Part shown: one piece after another, positions 19,031-29,603 of the stretch | Layout: the number at the start of each line of letters is the position of its first letter | Numbering within the stretch: position 1 is the first letter of the stretch | DNA from: an uncultured Ignavibacteria bacterium | GTDB taxonomy: Bacteria > Bacteroidota > Ignavibacteria > Tepidaquicellales > OLB5 | Reading direction: 5' to 3' | DNA: 64,000 nucleotides | Assembly (NCBI GenBank): GCA_937873695.1 | Contig: CALMYL010000006.1 | Span: 289,185 to 353,184 of the forward strand | The notes under the pieces: generated by a model | What the model was told of the DNA's origin: nothing | The model's database searches: none | Seen by the model: the letters and a program-made list of their open reading frames with translations, nothing else | Made by a program: the position numbers and the translations under genes

Positions 19031-20989
19031 TCATTTTAAACAGATCATTTTTCTTGTTCTCGAAGAATTTCCGTATGTTAATGTATAAAAATAAATGCCG
19101 CTGGGAAGCTCGGTTACATCAAAGGGGTACTCGTATAAACCAGCTTTTAGGTACCCATTTACCAGTACGGCAATTTCTTTTCCTGTAATATCATATATCA
19201 TTAGTGATATAGCATCCCTTTCGGGAATACTAAATCTAATCTTTGTTGAAGGGTTAAATGGATTAGGGTAATTCTGGTAAAGTTCGAATTTTTTCGGAAG
19301 CTCCGTCAACGGAATAGAGATACCAATAGGAATATCTATATAAAGATCAGCATTTCTTACGTGAACCGGGGCTCCTGATATTATTCCTTTACCTTTTATA
19401 TTTATCCCGTATATCCCTTGGGTTACGTTTCCAGTTGTCTTTATTTTTAAAATTAATGAATCCGGAAAGGTGGAGATAGAATCTCTTCCGTTTCCGAAAG
19501 TGATCTGCAATGTACCCGACTGCGGTAAGGTGTCAATTTCTGCAGTAAATCTCACTCCTTCTTCGAAGGGACCTTTTACAGAAGGAATTGTTATTGTATA
19601 AGTTGTGCTGTCACCTGTGTTGATGCTTCGCTGTGATGGATTAACAGTCATTGCGAAATCAGGGTAATATCCAGCATAGCTTCCTAAATTGTTATTGCGT
19701 CCGTCTGCCCACACATTGTAACTTGTGTACCCTATGGCTGAATTGCTGTAATAATCCCCGATATATTTCTCGCCTCCCGGCAGCGAAAGCGCCATCGCGT
19801 TTGGGTCGAATGATACATCAGAGATATTTACGTTAGGCTCAAAACTGATTCCTCCATTTGTGGATACAGCGCCGTATATGCGTGTGAAAATATTGCTTTC
19901 GGGGTCGACCCTTGAATCGTACCATGAAACGAAAATTTTTCCGGAGTTGTTATCCACTGTGATTGAAGGCAGCCATTGGTCTGTGGTGGTATTATCGTCA
20001 TTAACCCTCAAGCCCGTCGACCAGGTAAGGCCGTAATCAGTAGAACGTGTTATGTAAATATCACAGTTATCCGGACCAACAGGATTTCCGCAGTATACAG
20101 CATAAATATTACCTCTTGTATCAGAATACCCGTTATCGACTGCAAAACTTGGTATATGATTCATTCTAATACAGTTTTTAACAGTTCTTCTTCCTGCGCA
20201 TGGTATACCCGGGGGATCAACTGCCGCCGCCAAAACCTGCGGTAAAAATGTTTCTCCGCCATCTGTAGATCTTGAAATTACAATTGTGTTACCATTTGTC
20301 GCTCCAAAGTAAACACTCCCTCCGGGAATATTGCCGTCCGGTCCTATTGTAATAAACGCATTCTGCGTTCCGTTAATAGTTAATGGTGCAGACCAGTTTA
20401 CACCGCCGTTAGTGCTTTTTACAAATCTCATACCTCCGGTGCCGTATTGCCTCCATCCCAAATATAAATTATTGCTAAAGGGACCTCCTGTTTGATCGGC
20501 GGCGATCCATTCTTTGTCAACAAGCCCGGCAGTTGTACTGTATACGTTATACGGTCCTAACCAGTTTACACCCTTGTTGGTAGTTTTCATTATCGCAGTT
20601 CCGTATGTAGAGCCATTTTGGTACAACTGAGAATAATAACAATTACCCGTACTGTCAAATGTTACCACAGGGTCGCCTAGAATATTGTATCCCGAAAATG
20701 AAGGGCTGTTCCGTATCCAGCTGTATCCGTTAAGAGTGTAATACATTCCATTCACGTTAAAAGCGCAAATGCTGTTAAGAGGATCACGCGGATTTGTTGC
20801 AATACTCCCTTCACCAAAATCTACACCTAAGTAAAAGTTATCATACCCGCCTGTTTCCACGACGGTACTCATGGTTCCGTTCGCTGAAACGCTAATAAAT
20901 GGAGGTGGTACAATTATACTTGGTTTTTCATCAAACTGAGTATAAGATATGTGACAGAGGGCCATAAGTATCAGCAGTGTTTTTATCAT
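19031..20989 (-). CDS. BNR/Asp-box (sialidase-fold) beta-propeller protein with T9SS C-terminal sorting domain
   Basis: Signal peptide; Asp-box repeats TTNKGVNW, STNGGVNW, STDGGETF, STDYGLTW, STNGGISF; CTD QNYPNPFNPSTKIRFSIP...SGIYFYTL. Confidence 0.7.
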   Translation of the reverse strand: MIKTLLILMALCHISYTQFDEKPSIIVPPPFISVSANGTMSTVVETGGYDNFYLGVDFGEGSIATNPRDPLNSICAFNVNGMYYTLNGYSWIRNSPSFSGYNILGDPVVTFDSTGNCYYSQLYQNGSTYGTAIMKTTNKGVNWLGPYNVYSTTAGLVDKEWIAADQTGGPFSNNLYLGWRQYGTGGMRFVKSTNGGVNWSAPLTINGTQNAFITIGPDGNIPGGSVYFGATNGNTIVISRSTDGGETFLPQVLAAAVDPPGIPCAGRRTVKNCIRMNHIPSFAVDNGYSDTRGNIYAVYCGNPVGPDNCDIYITRSTDYGLTWSTGLRVNDDNTTTDQWLPSITVDNNSGKIFVSWYDSRVDPESNIFTRIYGAVSTNGGISFEPNVNISDVSFDPNAMALSLPGGEKYIGDYYSNSAIGYTSYNVWADGRNNNLGSYAGYYPDFAMTVNPSQRSINTGDSTTYTITIPSVKGPFEEGVRFTAEIDTLPQSGTLQITFGNGRDSISTFPDSLILKIKTTGNVTQGIYGINIKGKGIISGAPVHVRNADLYIDIPIGISIPLTELPKKFELYQNYPNPFNPSTKIRFSIPERDAISLMIYDITGKEIAVLVNGYLKAGLYEYPFDVTELPSGIYFYTLTYGNSSRTRKMICLK

Positions 20990-21019
20990 TCTGATTTTTT
21001 TTCATTTTTAAAAAACGGA

Positions 21020-22816
21020 TTATTTTAGAAGAATCATTTTTTTTGTTTCAGTAAATTTCCCGGTATTTAACCTGTAGAAATATACGCCGCTTGGGAAATT
21101 TATTGCATTCCACTCATATTCGTAAATTCCCGGAGCCAGTTCCCGATCTGTCAATGTTTCAATGTTCTTTCCAAGGGCGTTAAAAATTTCTAGTTTCACG
21201 GTTTCAGGATTATCTTCTGATCGCGGAATACTGAACCTTATTTTTGTTGCCGGATTGAAAGGATTAGGAAAGTTTTGAAACAGGCTGTATGATAATGGAA
21301 TTTCTGAACTGATTTGGTTTATTCCTATTACAATTTCCTGCAACCCCTGACCTTCTGTTGCGGTGTAAAATGAGTTTACATTCACATTAGTGTATTTTTC
21401 TGTCAGCCCTTTTGGCCACTTAATAATAAGCGAATCAATTATTGAACTTTCACCCAATCCGAAGTGTACACGAAGATCATTCTGTCCCTGGAAAGAGTTT
21501 TGAGCGTTAACTTCCCTCATCTGCCAAAACGGCGCACCGTTTATTGTGGATTTAATACGGATTATTGCTCCTAGAGCAGACCTGTTGGAAAAGGTTCCGG
21601 TTAATTTAATATTCACCCATTTCCTGTTACCGGCTGCGGTATCATTCCTGAATAAACCTACTGAGGAATTATTTCCATTATTTCCAACCCCGTTAAAAAA
21701 TACATCAAGATCTCCGTCATTATCATAATCACCGTTTACGGCGCCGTTTGTTGCTGTAGGAGTTGAAAGGCCGCCCGGCAGATAAATGAATGTTCCGCCA
21801 TCATTCCTGAAATATCTGGTTGGCGCATTGTCATTCGTGATAATAACATCAAGGTCGCCGTCATTATCATAGTCACCCCAGCAGTTCGCAATGTTTGTTG
21901 TAGCATTTGTGAAAGGAGTACTGAGCTGTGTATATATCCCGTTATCATTGCGGTATAATCTGGTTGGTATGCTGAAATAATTGGTGATACATAAATCAAA
22001 GTCACCATCATTATCATAATCAATGAAATTATAGCATTGTCCGTCCTGATTTTGCTGAGCAAAAAGTTCGTTTGTCATAGGGTAAAGTGTATCAATGCCA
22101 AGTTCAATTTTCATATTTTTGTAACACGGGTCAGGTGCACCAATCCCGTCTACCGGGCCGCTTGCAACAAAAAGATCCATATCGCCATCCATATCATAGT
22201 CACTCCAGTAAGGATTCGTATAGCTGCTTAAGTTCTGAAGGAATGGATATCCCGAAACCTGCATGTATATTCCCAAAACAGTATCAGGCTGAAAATAGAA
22301 CCTGCAGGGTTCTTCCTGTGATCCCGGATGAAACATTTCTGCGTGGGTCAGAAATACATCAGGCATTCTGTCTTCATTATAGTCACCAATGGCACAGGCC
22401 CAAGAGCCATAAGCAGCGAGTCCGGGAAAAAGATGTGTTCCATTGGAAAAGATCCCGTTTCCGTTATTGAAAAAAACCCGGCTCGGGGTACATGAAACCA
22501 CACAGTCATTATCCCCGTCATTATCAAGATCAGCCCAGCTGCTTCCTGCTATACCTACCAGAGGTGTAAAATTCAGATCTGCCGCCCTTGTAAAGTTTCC
22601 GTTTCCCTGGTTCATGAAAATTACTCTGGGCGCAGCGTGAATATCAATAAGATCATCATCATTTATGTCAATAAATGAGGCTCCCGCATAGGGAAAGATA
22701 GTGGTGTAGTTAGAAACAGCATTTTGGGGATCGGTGATCTTAACCCAACCGCCTTGTGAATATGAAATTGAAGTTAAGAGCAGAATCAGGAGGGCTGAGA
22801 CTGAATGGAATTTCAT
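21020..22816 (-). CDS. FG-GAP/VCBS-repeat protein with ASPIC/UnbV-like domain (CRTAC1 family) and T9SS CTD
   Basis: Repeated D.DNDGD.D calcium-loop motifs; UnbV-like NRSALGAIIRIK...RVHFGLG; CTD QNFPNPFNPATKIRFSIP...SGVYFYRL. Confidence 0.75.
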   Translation of the reverse strand: MKFHSVSALLILLLTSISYSQGGWVKITDPQNAVSNYTTIFPYAGASFIDINDDDLIDIHAAPRVIFMNQGNGNFTRAADLNFTPLVGIAGSSWADLDNDGDNDCVVSCTPSRVFFNNGNGIFSNGTHLFPGLAAYGSWACAIGDYNEDRMPDVFLTHAEMFHPGSQEEPCRFYFQPDTVLGIYMQVSGYPFLQNLSSYTNPYWSDYDMDGDMDLFVASGPVDGIGAPDPCYKNMKIELGIDTLYPMTNELFAQQNQDGQCYNFIDYDNDGDFDLCITNYFSIPTRLYRNDNGIYTQLSTPFTNATTNIANCWGDYDNDGDLDVIITNDNAPTRYFRNDGGTFIYLPGGLSTPTATNGAVNGDYDNDGDLDVFFNGVGNNGNNSSVGLFRNDTAAGNRKWVNIKLTGTFSNRSALGAIIRIKSTINGAPFWQMREVNAQNSFQGQNDLRVHFGLGESSIIDSLIIKWPKGLTEKYTNVNVNSFYTATEGQGLQEIVIGINQISSEIPLSYSLFQNFPNPFNPATKIRFSIPRSEDNPETVKLEIFNALGKNIETLTDRELAPGIYEYEWNAINFPSGVYFYRLNTGKFTETKKMILLK

Positions 22817-22831
22817 TTTATTTGTTTTATC

Positions 22832-23440
22832 TCATTCTTTAAATAAAAGATCAATATAGTTGTTTATCAGTTTTGATGCGTTTTCTTTTACTGAGTAGTA
22901 TTCCGGAAGTACAAAATAGAGACGGAAAATACCGTTAGTCAGAGCTATCAAGTGCGATTTAATTTCAAGTGGTACGGCTCCGGCATCGAGCATTCCCTTT
23001 TTTTTCGCTGACTCAACTATCCCCATAATAATTGATTGAGTTGCAGCGTTCATTTCTTCTGTTACAGGAACTGAGAATTTGTATGGATCCTGCTCAACCC
23101 TGAACCACCTTAGTTTAACGAAACTTCTGAATCTTTCATTATCATAGAAAGTATCAATTATGTTTGCCATAACCTTTTTCAGCTGAGATCTCGCATCAGG
23201 TTCATCAAAATGTATTGAATTCAGTGATTCCAGTCTTTGTGAATGCTCTTTTTGAATAATACTTCTGAACACTTCATCTTTATCTTTGAAGTGCCAATAG
23301 AATGCTCCTCTTGTTAAGTTCAGCGATTTTACTATATCTTCAATACTTGTTTCTGAGAACCCTTTTTCAAGAAAAATATATAAGGCTGCTTCAATGATTC
23401 TCTCTTTTGTTTCTTCAGATTCTTCCTTGGTTCTTCTCAA
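22832..23440 (-). CDS. TetR/AcrR-family transcriptional regulator
   Basis: N-terminal HTH TKERIIEAALYIFLEKGFSETSIEDIVKSLNLTRGAFYWHFKDK. TTG start. It is the first gene of a tightly spaced minus-strand cluster. Confidence 0.85.
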   Translation of the reverse strand: MRRTKEESEETKERIIEAALYIFLEKGFSETSIEDIVKSLNLTRGAFYWHFKDKDEVFRSIIQKEHSQRLESLNSIHFDEPDARSQLKKVMANIIDTFYDNERFRSFVKLRWFRVEQDPYKFSVPVTEEMNAATQSIIMGIVESAKKKGMLDAGAVPLEIKSHLIALTNGIFRLYFVLPEYYSVKENASKLINNYIDLLFKE

Positions 23441-23455
23441 ATTTGTACATTTAAT

Positions 23456-23481
23456 TTACATACATACACAAATGTATGTAA
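23456..23481. promoter_or_regulatory. perfect 10-6-10 inverted repeat, candidate TetR operator
   Basis: TTACATACAT-acacaa-ATGTATGTAA lies 16-41 nt upstream of the tetR-family start codon. Confidence 0.45.
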
Positions 23482-23577
23482 TAAATAGCCCAATGTCAAT
23501 ACAATTTGAGGAGATTCAAAGATCAGAAATTGTGCAATTACTTTTCCTTATTTTTCGAAAAGGCAATAAATTCTGAA

Positions 23578-23608
23578 TTGTTATGCCTATAATTATATGT
23601 TATATTTG
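23578..23608 (+). promoter_or_regulatory. Bacteroidetes-type promoter candidate for eno (-33 TTG / -7 TAnnTTTG)
   Basis: TTG at 23578-23580, a 20-nt spacer, then TATATTTG at 23601-23608. The ATG is 20 nt downstream. Confidence 0.4.
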
Positions 23609-23615
23609 TGTTTAA

Positions 23616-24914
<1,299 letters not shown>

Positions 24915-24941
24915 TTAATTACGTATATATAGAAAGCATAA

Positions 24942-25976
24942 ATGAAATCAACCGATTTTAAATTTTCCATACCTAAGACCCTGATCGCGCAGCATCCTAA
25001 ACTGCCAAGAGATGAAGCCAAGATGATGGTAATAAACAGGAAAACAAAGGAACTGGAAAATAAAAAGTTCAAAGATATAATTGATTATATGGATGAGGGC
25101 GACTGCCTGGTTCTTAATGATTCCAAGGTATTTGCAGCTAAGTTATTTGGCACCAAAGAAAAGACTAACGCAAAGATAGAAGTGTTTCTGTTAAGGCAGC
25201 TAAGCCAGGAAGAAAATATATGGGATGTTCTGGTTGACCCGGCAAGAAAAGTAAGGATCGGAAACCGTATTTTTATTACTAAAAATCTTTATTGCGAAGT
25301 TATAGATAATACAACCTCCCGCGGAAGGATTGTCAGATTCAATTACCGCGGAGACTTTCAGAAATATATTGATAAACTGGGGAAGACCCCGCTGCCTGAA
25401 TACATCAAACGCGAACCAACCGATTCTGACAGAGAGAATTACCAGGCGGTGTTCGCTGAAAATATCGGCTCAGTTGCCGCTCCTTCTGCAGGCCTGCATT
25501 TTTCAAAAGAACTGTTAAGAAAGATAGAGAAAAAGGGTATTAACCTGCTTCCTGTAACCTTACATGTAGGTTTGGGTAAGTTCCGTTACGTGGAAGTTGA
25601 GGATCTTACCAAACACAGGATGGATTCTGAGTTCTTCGAAATTCCCGACTATACCGCTGAGGAAGTTAACCGAGCAATAGAGGGGAAAAAGAAAATTATC
25701 GCTGTAGGAACATCAGTAGCCAGGGTGCTTGAAGCCAATACAACTGCAGGAAGATTCATCCGCTCAGGAAAAGGATGGACAGATAAATTTATTTATCCGC
25801 CGCAAACAATGAAGGTTGTTGATAAGTTCGTCACTAATTTCCACAATCCCCAATCAACAATGGTTATGATGGTATGCGCGTTTTCTGATAAAGATATTGT
25901 TATGAAGGCATACAAAAAAGCTGTGAAAGATAAATACCGCTTTTACAGTTATGGTGACTCGATGTTTTATATTTAA
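24942..25976 (+). CDS. queA: S-adenosylmethionine:tRNA ribosyltransferase-isomerase
   Basis: 344 aa with FSIPKTLIAQHP, APSAGLHF, VGTSVARVLE and the C-terminal YRFYSYGDSM. Confidence 0.9.
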   Translation: MKSTDFKFSIPKTLIAQHPKLPRDEAKMMVINRKTKELENKKFKDIIDYMDEGDCLVLNDSKVFAAKLFGTKEKTNAKIEVFLLRQLSQEENIWDVLVDPARKVRIGNRIFITKNLYCEVIDNTTSRGRIVRFNYRGDFQKYIDKLGKTPLPEYIKREPTDSDRENYQAVFAENIGSVAAPSAGLHFSKELLRKIEKKGINLLPVTLHVGLGKFRYVEVEDLTKHRMDSEFFEIPDYTAEEVNRAIEGKKKIIAVGTSVARVLEANTTAGRFIRSGKGWTDKFIYPPQTMKVVDKFVTNFHNPQSTMVMMVCAFSDKDIVMKAYKKAVKDKYRFYSYGDSMFYI

Positions 25977-26017
25977 TTATACAAAGTTAAATAAAAATTG
26001 TAAGTATAATAAATTAA

Positions 26018-26047
26018 TACCCCGATCTGAACTTTTCGGGGTATTTT
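26018..26047 (+). terminator. rho-independent terminator after queA
   Basis: TACCCCGA-tctgaacttt-TCGGGGTA followed by TTTT. Confidence 0.7.
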
Positions 26048-26053
26048 ATTAAT

Positions 26054-26749
26054 ATGAAAAACGACGTTCATGTAATTCTAACTGCCGGCGGAACAGGTTC
26101 CAGGTTCACCAAAAGCAAGCAGGCGGTTTCTAAACCTAAACAGTTCCTTAATTTGCTGGGGAAACCTGTTATTCTGCATTCACTCATCAAATTCCAGAAA
26201 AACAAAGAAGTTAAGAGTATTTATATTTCTGCTTCAAAGGAATATTTCAGCTTGATTCACTCAATGGCCGTCAAAAATAAGATCACCAAATTAAAAGCCC
26301 TGATCGAAGGCGGCAAAACCAGGTTTGAATCTGTACGTAATGCATTTAACCAGGTGGAGTGCAGGGGAGATGATATTATACTTATTCATGATGCGGCGAG
26401 GCCGAATCTTTCAGTTCAAGATCTCTCATCATTGATCAATGCCGCCCGAAGATCAGGGGAAGCTATACTGGGAGTAAGAGTGAGTGATACTGTAAAGAGG
26501 ACTTCAGGGGGAACAGTAAGGGAAACTATCGATCGCAATGAACTATGGCTTATTCAGACTCCGCAGGCATTCAGATACGATGTACTGAGCAGATCTTACA
26601 TTATAGCCGGCAGCAAAACGGATTTTACCGATGAAGCTTCTTTGGTAGAATTTGCCGGTTATGATGTTACGATAACCGAAGGCAGCAGGTTCAATATTAA
26701 GCTCACTTCTGCTGAAGATATGCTGCTGCTGAAGAAAGCAATGACTTAA
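26054..26749 (+). CDS. ispD: 2-C-methyl-D-erythritol 4-phosphate cytidylyltransferase
   Basis: 231 aa with ILTAGGTGSRF, IHDAARP and IQTPQAF motifs. Confidence 0.9.
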   Translation: MKNDVHVILTAGGTGSRFTKSKQAVSKPKQFLNLLGKPVILHSLIKFQKNKEVKSIYISASKEYFSLIHSMAVKNKITKLKALIEGGKTRFESVRNAFNQVECRGDDIILIHDAARPNLSVQDLSSLINAARRSGEAILGVRVSDTVKRTSGGTVRETIDRNELWLIQTPQAFRYDVLSRSYIIAGSKTDFTDEASLVEFAGYDVTITEGSRFNIKLTSAEDMLLLKKAMT

Positions 26750-26788
26750 ACAGGAATTACGCAATAGCAGGGTTTAGCTTTTGGTAAT

Positions 26789-26822
26789 AAAAAAAGGGAC
26801 TCATTTTCATGAGTCCCTTTTT
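26789..26822. terminator. bidirectional terminator between convergent ispD and the BNR/P-domain gene
   Basis: AAAAAAA-GGGACTCAT-tttc-ATGAGTCCC-TTTTT. Confidence 0.8.
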
Positions 26823-26840
26823 ATTATTTTATTATGATGA

Positions 26841-27899
26841 TTATTTTACCAGCATCATTTTCTTAACTGATGTGAATTCACCTGCATCAATTCTGTAGAA
26901 GTAAATACCACTTGCGAGATTTGAAGCATTGAAATCAGCAGTATGGAAACCGGGCTGTTTCATTTCGTTTACAAGTGTAGCAACTTCTTTACCCAGTAAG
27001 TCATATACCTTCAACGAAACATTAACAGCTGTTGGAACTGAATATTTTATTGAGGTTGTTGGGTTGAACGGATTAGGATAGTTCTGTGCCAGTGAGAAAT
27101 AGTTCGGAATTTCAATTGTCTGAATTCCGCCTACCAATGCCTGGTATGTAACCTGTATGCACCATGCTTTTAACAAACCGGTATCGCCTGTTGCATTGTC
27201 TGTTATTGTAAGCACCCATGAACCGTTAACAGGTACTCCATTTAATGATGACAATGGTGATGACGGGATATATGTTCCTGTGAAAGGAGCAGTTCCTGAA
27301 GCGATAGGTGTTGTTGCCGAGTCATTCAGTACGGTATTTCTGAAATTATCTCCGGAGCCTCCGACTGCGCTGATTATATTGCAGCTTGCTGCGCCTCTTG
27401 ATAATGTGAAAGAAAGATCTGAATCCCATGTGTGGTTCAGTGTATCTATTCTTACATTAACATCAACTACATTAAATGCGTTAGCAATGTTTACAACTAT
27501 TGAATCTTTTACAGTGGAGTTATCAGGAATAACCAGATTTACATTATTTCTGCAGATCTGAGTCTGTGAATTCACTAAACCGGCAGGCTGAACTGTTACA
27601 ACCTGTGTTATAGTATCATTAGATCTGTTTTCGTCTGTAGCTGCACCGCTGAAGATCTTTAATGTATAGTTACCAACAACTGTCGGTGTCCATGTGAATG
27701 ATGATGAATCAACTGCGCCTGAAGGAAGGCTTGCAATTGTGTTTGTTGTCTGAATTGTACCGTTTACTGAGAATCTTACAGGAAGATTTGTCTGGCCGTT
27801 TGTACCGCCGTTGGTAACTTTACCTCTGATAGTACGAGCCTGGTTAACAGTAAATGATGACGGGAAGCTTAAGAACGGACCAACTACAACATCATTTGC
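26841..27899 (-). repeat. copy 1 of the ~1.06-kb paralogous 3' cassette (CARDB-like + P-domain + CTD)
   Basis: 352 codons from ANDVVVGPFLSF to the stop align colinearly with the cassettes at 33010-34068 and 36169-37227. Confidence 0.75.
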
Positions 27900-29354
27900 C
27901 GGGGGAGGACCGTATGTGATACCAACTGTCCAAACCTGGTAGATGCCTGATGAGTTATCAGCCCAGAACGGGAATATTTTACCGGAGCCTGATGAGAATG
28001 TGCAGCCGGTGTAGTCACCCTGGTATCCGCCGGCTAATCCCGGGATCGGAGCAGGTGTGAATGTATGATCGCTTACTGCAACGTCAGTCCATGTTGAACC
28101 GCCGTTTAATGAACGTGACATCCAGAATTCTGTTACAAATCCTGAAGTGTTTCTCTGGTCATAGTATGATACGTTTACGCCGCCATCAGGAGTTACGCAT
28201 ATTGCAGGCATATAATTATATCTGCCTGAGTTATCCTGATTGACTTTTGAATGTGTCCAGCTTGTTCCGCCGTTTGATGAAATACAAATAGTAACGTCAG
28301 ATACGTCTGTTGCCGGAGCAATTGTTTTTTCAGAAAGAACTGCATATAACCAGCCGTTCCTTGCGCCGCCAGTCATATCAATAGCTAAACGCGGGAAACC
28401 TGATGCGCGGATACCGTTGAATAAGTTTGAAGCACGGATACCGTTAACATCAACTGCCGTGTTTGTAGCTGTTGGCCATGTAACACCGCCATCTGTTGAT
28501 TTTGCATATCCTAAATGATCTTCTGTTGAGTTCTGTCCGTTTGTTGTACAATGAGCCCAAACTACGTAAACAACGCCGCCCGGACCTACTCTAACATCGC
28601 AGCCCTGCTGATGGTGACCTGAAGCAGGAACCGGTGAAACCGGCTGAGCTGCTGACCATGTTGCGCCGCCATCTGTTGAATATGATCCAACGATACGGTT
28701 AACATATGTGCCGCCAAAGTTTGTCCATACTGTGTAAGCACGGCCAAAGAACGGACTGCCAGATACATCATCAACTGCTGAGAAGTTCTTATCAAAACTT
28801 GATGCACCAGGGAAGTTCATATCAAATACCCATGATGTACCGTTGTTTGTTGAGTGACCAAAGCCCTGGATACATGAAAGTCCGAGTCTTCCTGCCCATG
28901 TGCTACCGGTAGGCCATATTATAGCGCCCGGGTCACCACTGTTTGGTGTATACATCTGGAAGTTACCTGACCATGATGTACCGCCGTTATTTGAAAAACA
29001 GAAACCTGTTCCCCAGAATGACGGACCGTATGAGTTCCATGATGCGAACATTACAGAGCCATTGCCCTTCATAGTTGTTGCATCAACCTCACTCTGTGTT
29101 GCTGTGTGAGGGAAAGGTCTAACGTTAGGAGGAAGAACTAATAATTCTTCGCCTGTGTTAACTACTCTTGTAGTAGTGTTCGGATTCTGGTAGTTAACCT
29201 GATCCTGTGCCTGCGGTAAATTGTAGTATTCACCTGTCGGATAGACTTTCGTCATAGGTGTTTTCCATACATAATCAGGCACATCCTGTGTAAATACATT
29301 GCCCGTTAATATCAATGCACACACAATGAAAAGTGTTGATTTTAATTTCATCAT
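26841..29354 (-). CDS. BNR/Asp-box propeller fused to CARDB-like domain, proprotein-convertase P-domain and T9SS CTD
   Basis: Signal peptide; Asp-boxes SNNGGTSW, STNNGTSW, STDGGATW, STDGGVTW, SSNGGTSW, SLNGGSTW; P-domain pattern HTWDSDL...GDNF...PFTG...NGSWVLTITDNATGDTGLLKAWCIQV; CTD QNYPNPFNPTTSIKYSVP...SGIYFYRI. No S8 catalytic motifs are present. Confidence 0.7.
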   Translation of the reverse strand: MMKLKSTLFIVCALILTGNVFTQDVPDYVWKTPMTKVYPTGEYYNLPQAQDQVNYQNPNTTTRVVNTGEELLVLPPNVRPFPHTATQSEVDATTMKGNGSVMFASWNSYGPSFWGTGFCFSNNGGTSWSGNFQMYTPNSGDPGAIIWPTGSTWAGRLGLSCIQGFGHSTNNGTSWVFDMNFPGASSFDKNFSAVDDVSGSPFFGRAYTVWTNFGGTYVNRIVGSYSTDGGATWSAAQPVSPVPASGHHQQGCDVRVGPGGVVYVVWAHCTTNGQNSTEDHLGYAKSTDGGVTWPTATNTAVDVNGIRASNLFNGIRASGFPRLAIDMTGGARNGWLYAVLSEKTIAPATDVSDVTICISSNGGTSWTHSKVNQDNSGRYNYMPAICVTPDGGVNVSYYDQRNTSGFVTEFWMSRSLNGGSTWTDVAVSDHTFTPAPIPGLAGGYQGDYTGCTFSSGSGKIFPFWADNSSGIYQVWTVGITYGPPPANDVVVGPFLSFPSSFTVNQARTIRGKVTNGGTNGQTNLPVRFSVNGTIQTTNTIASLPSGAVDSSSFTWTPTVVGNYTLKIFSGAATDENRSNDTITQVVTVQPAGLVNSQTQICRNNVNLVIPDNSTVKDSIVVNIANAFNVVDVNVRIDTLNHTWDSDLSFTLSRGAASCNIISAVGGSGDNFRNTVLNDSATTPIASGTAPFTGTYIPSSPLSSLNGVPVNGSWVLTITDNATGDTGLLKAWCIQVTYQALVGGIQTIEIPNYFSLAQNYPNPFNPTTSIKYSVPTAVNVSLKVYDLLGKEVATLVNEMKQPGFHTADFNASNLASGIYFYRIDAGEFTSVKKMMLVK

Positions 29355-29572
29355 TTCCTCCTGGGTATAATATTATTACACCCAAATGATTTTAGTTTGG
29401 TTTATTAAAAAGTGATTTTAAGTAGTGCATTTTAAGGTAATAATTCCAAAAAAGCAAGTTTATTTTTCGTATTTTTCTAAGAAACTCAGCTATTTATTTT
29501 AAGGTAGTATATGTGATAGACTAAATAAGCCGGATAGTTTTATACCTGCCTTAAAAATGGATTTTGTGGGTC

Positions 29573-29580
29573 TATTTTTG
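29573..29580 (+). promoter_or_regulatory. -7 box candidate (TATTTTTG)
   Basis: Matches TAnnTTTG and lies 23 nt upstream of the ATG at 29604. No convincing -33 element was seen. Confidence 0.3.
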
Positions 29581-29603
29581 TAAAAAATTAGTTATTTTAT
29601 GCT

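Noticed and set aside
23394-23576. 60-aa plus-strand ORF in the tetR-eno intergenic region, and the 15209-15484 ORF overlapping the SPFH gene start
   Set aside because: Neither has an RBS. Both overlap better-supported genes or regulatory DNA, and their composition is typical of AT-rich spacer.
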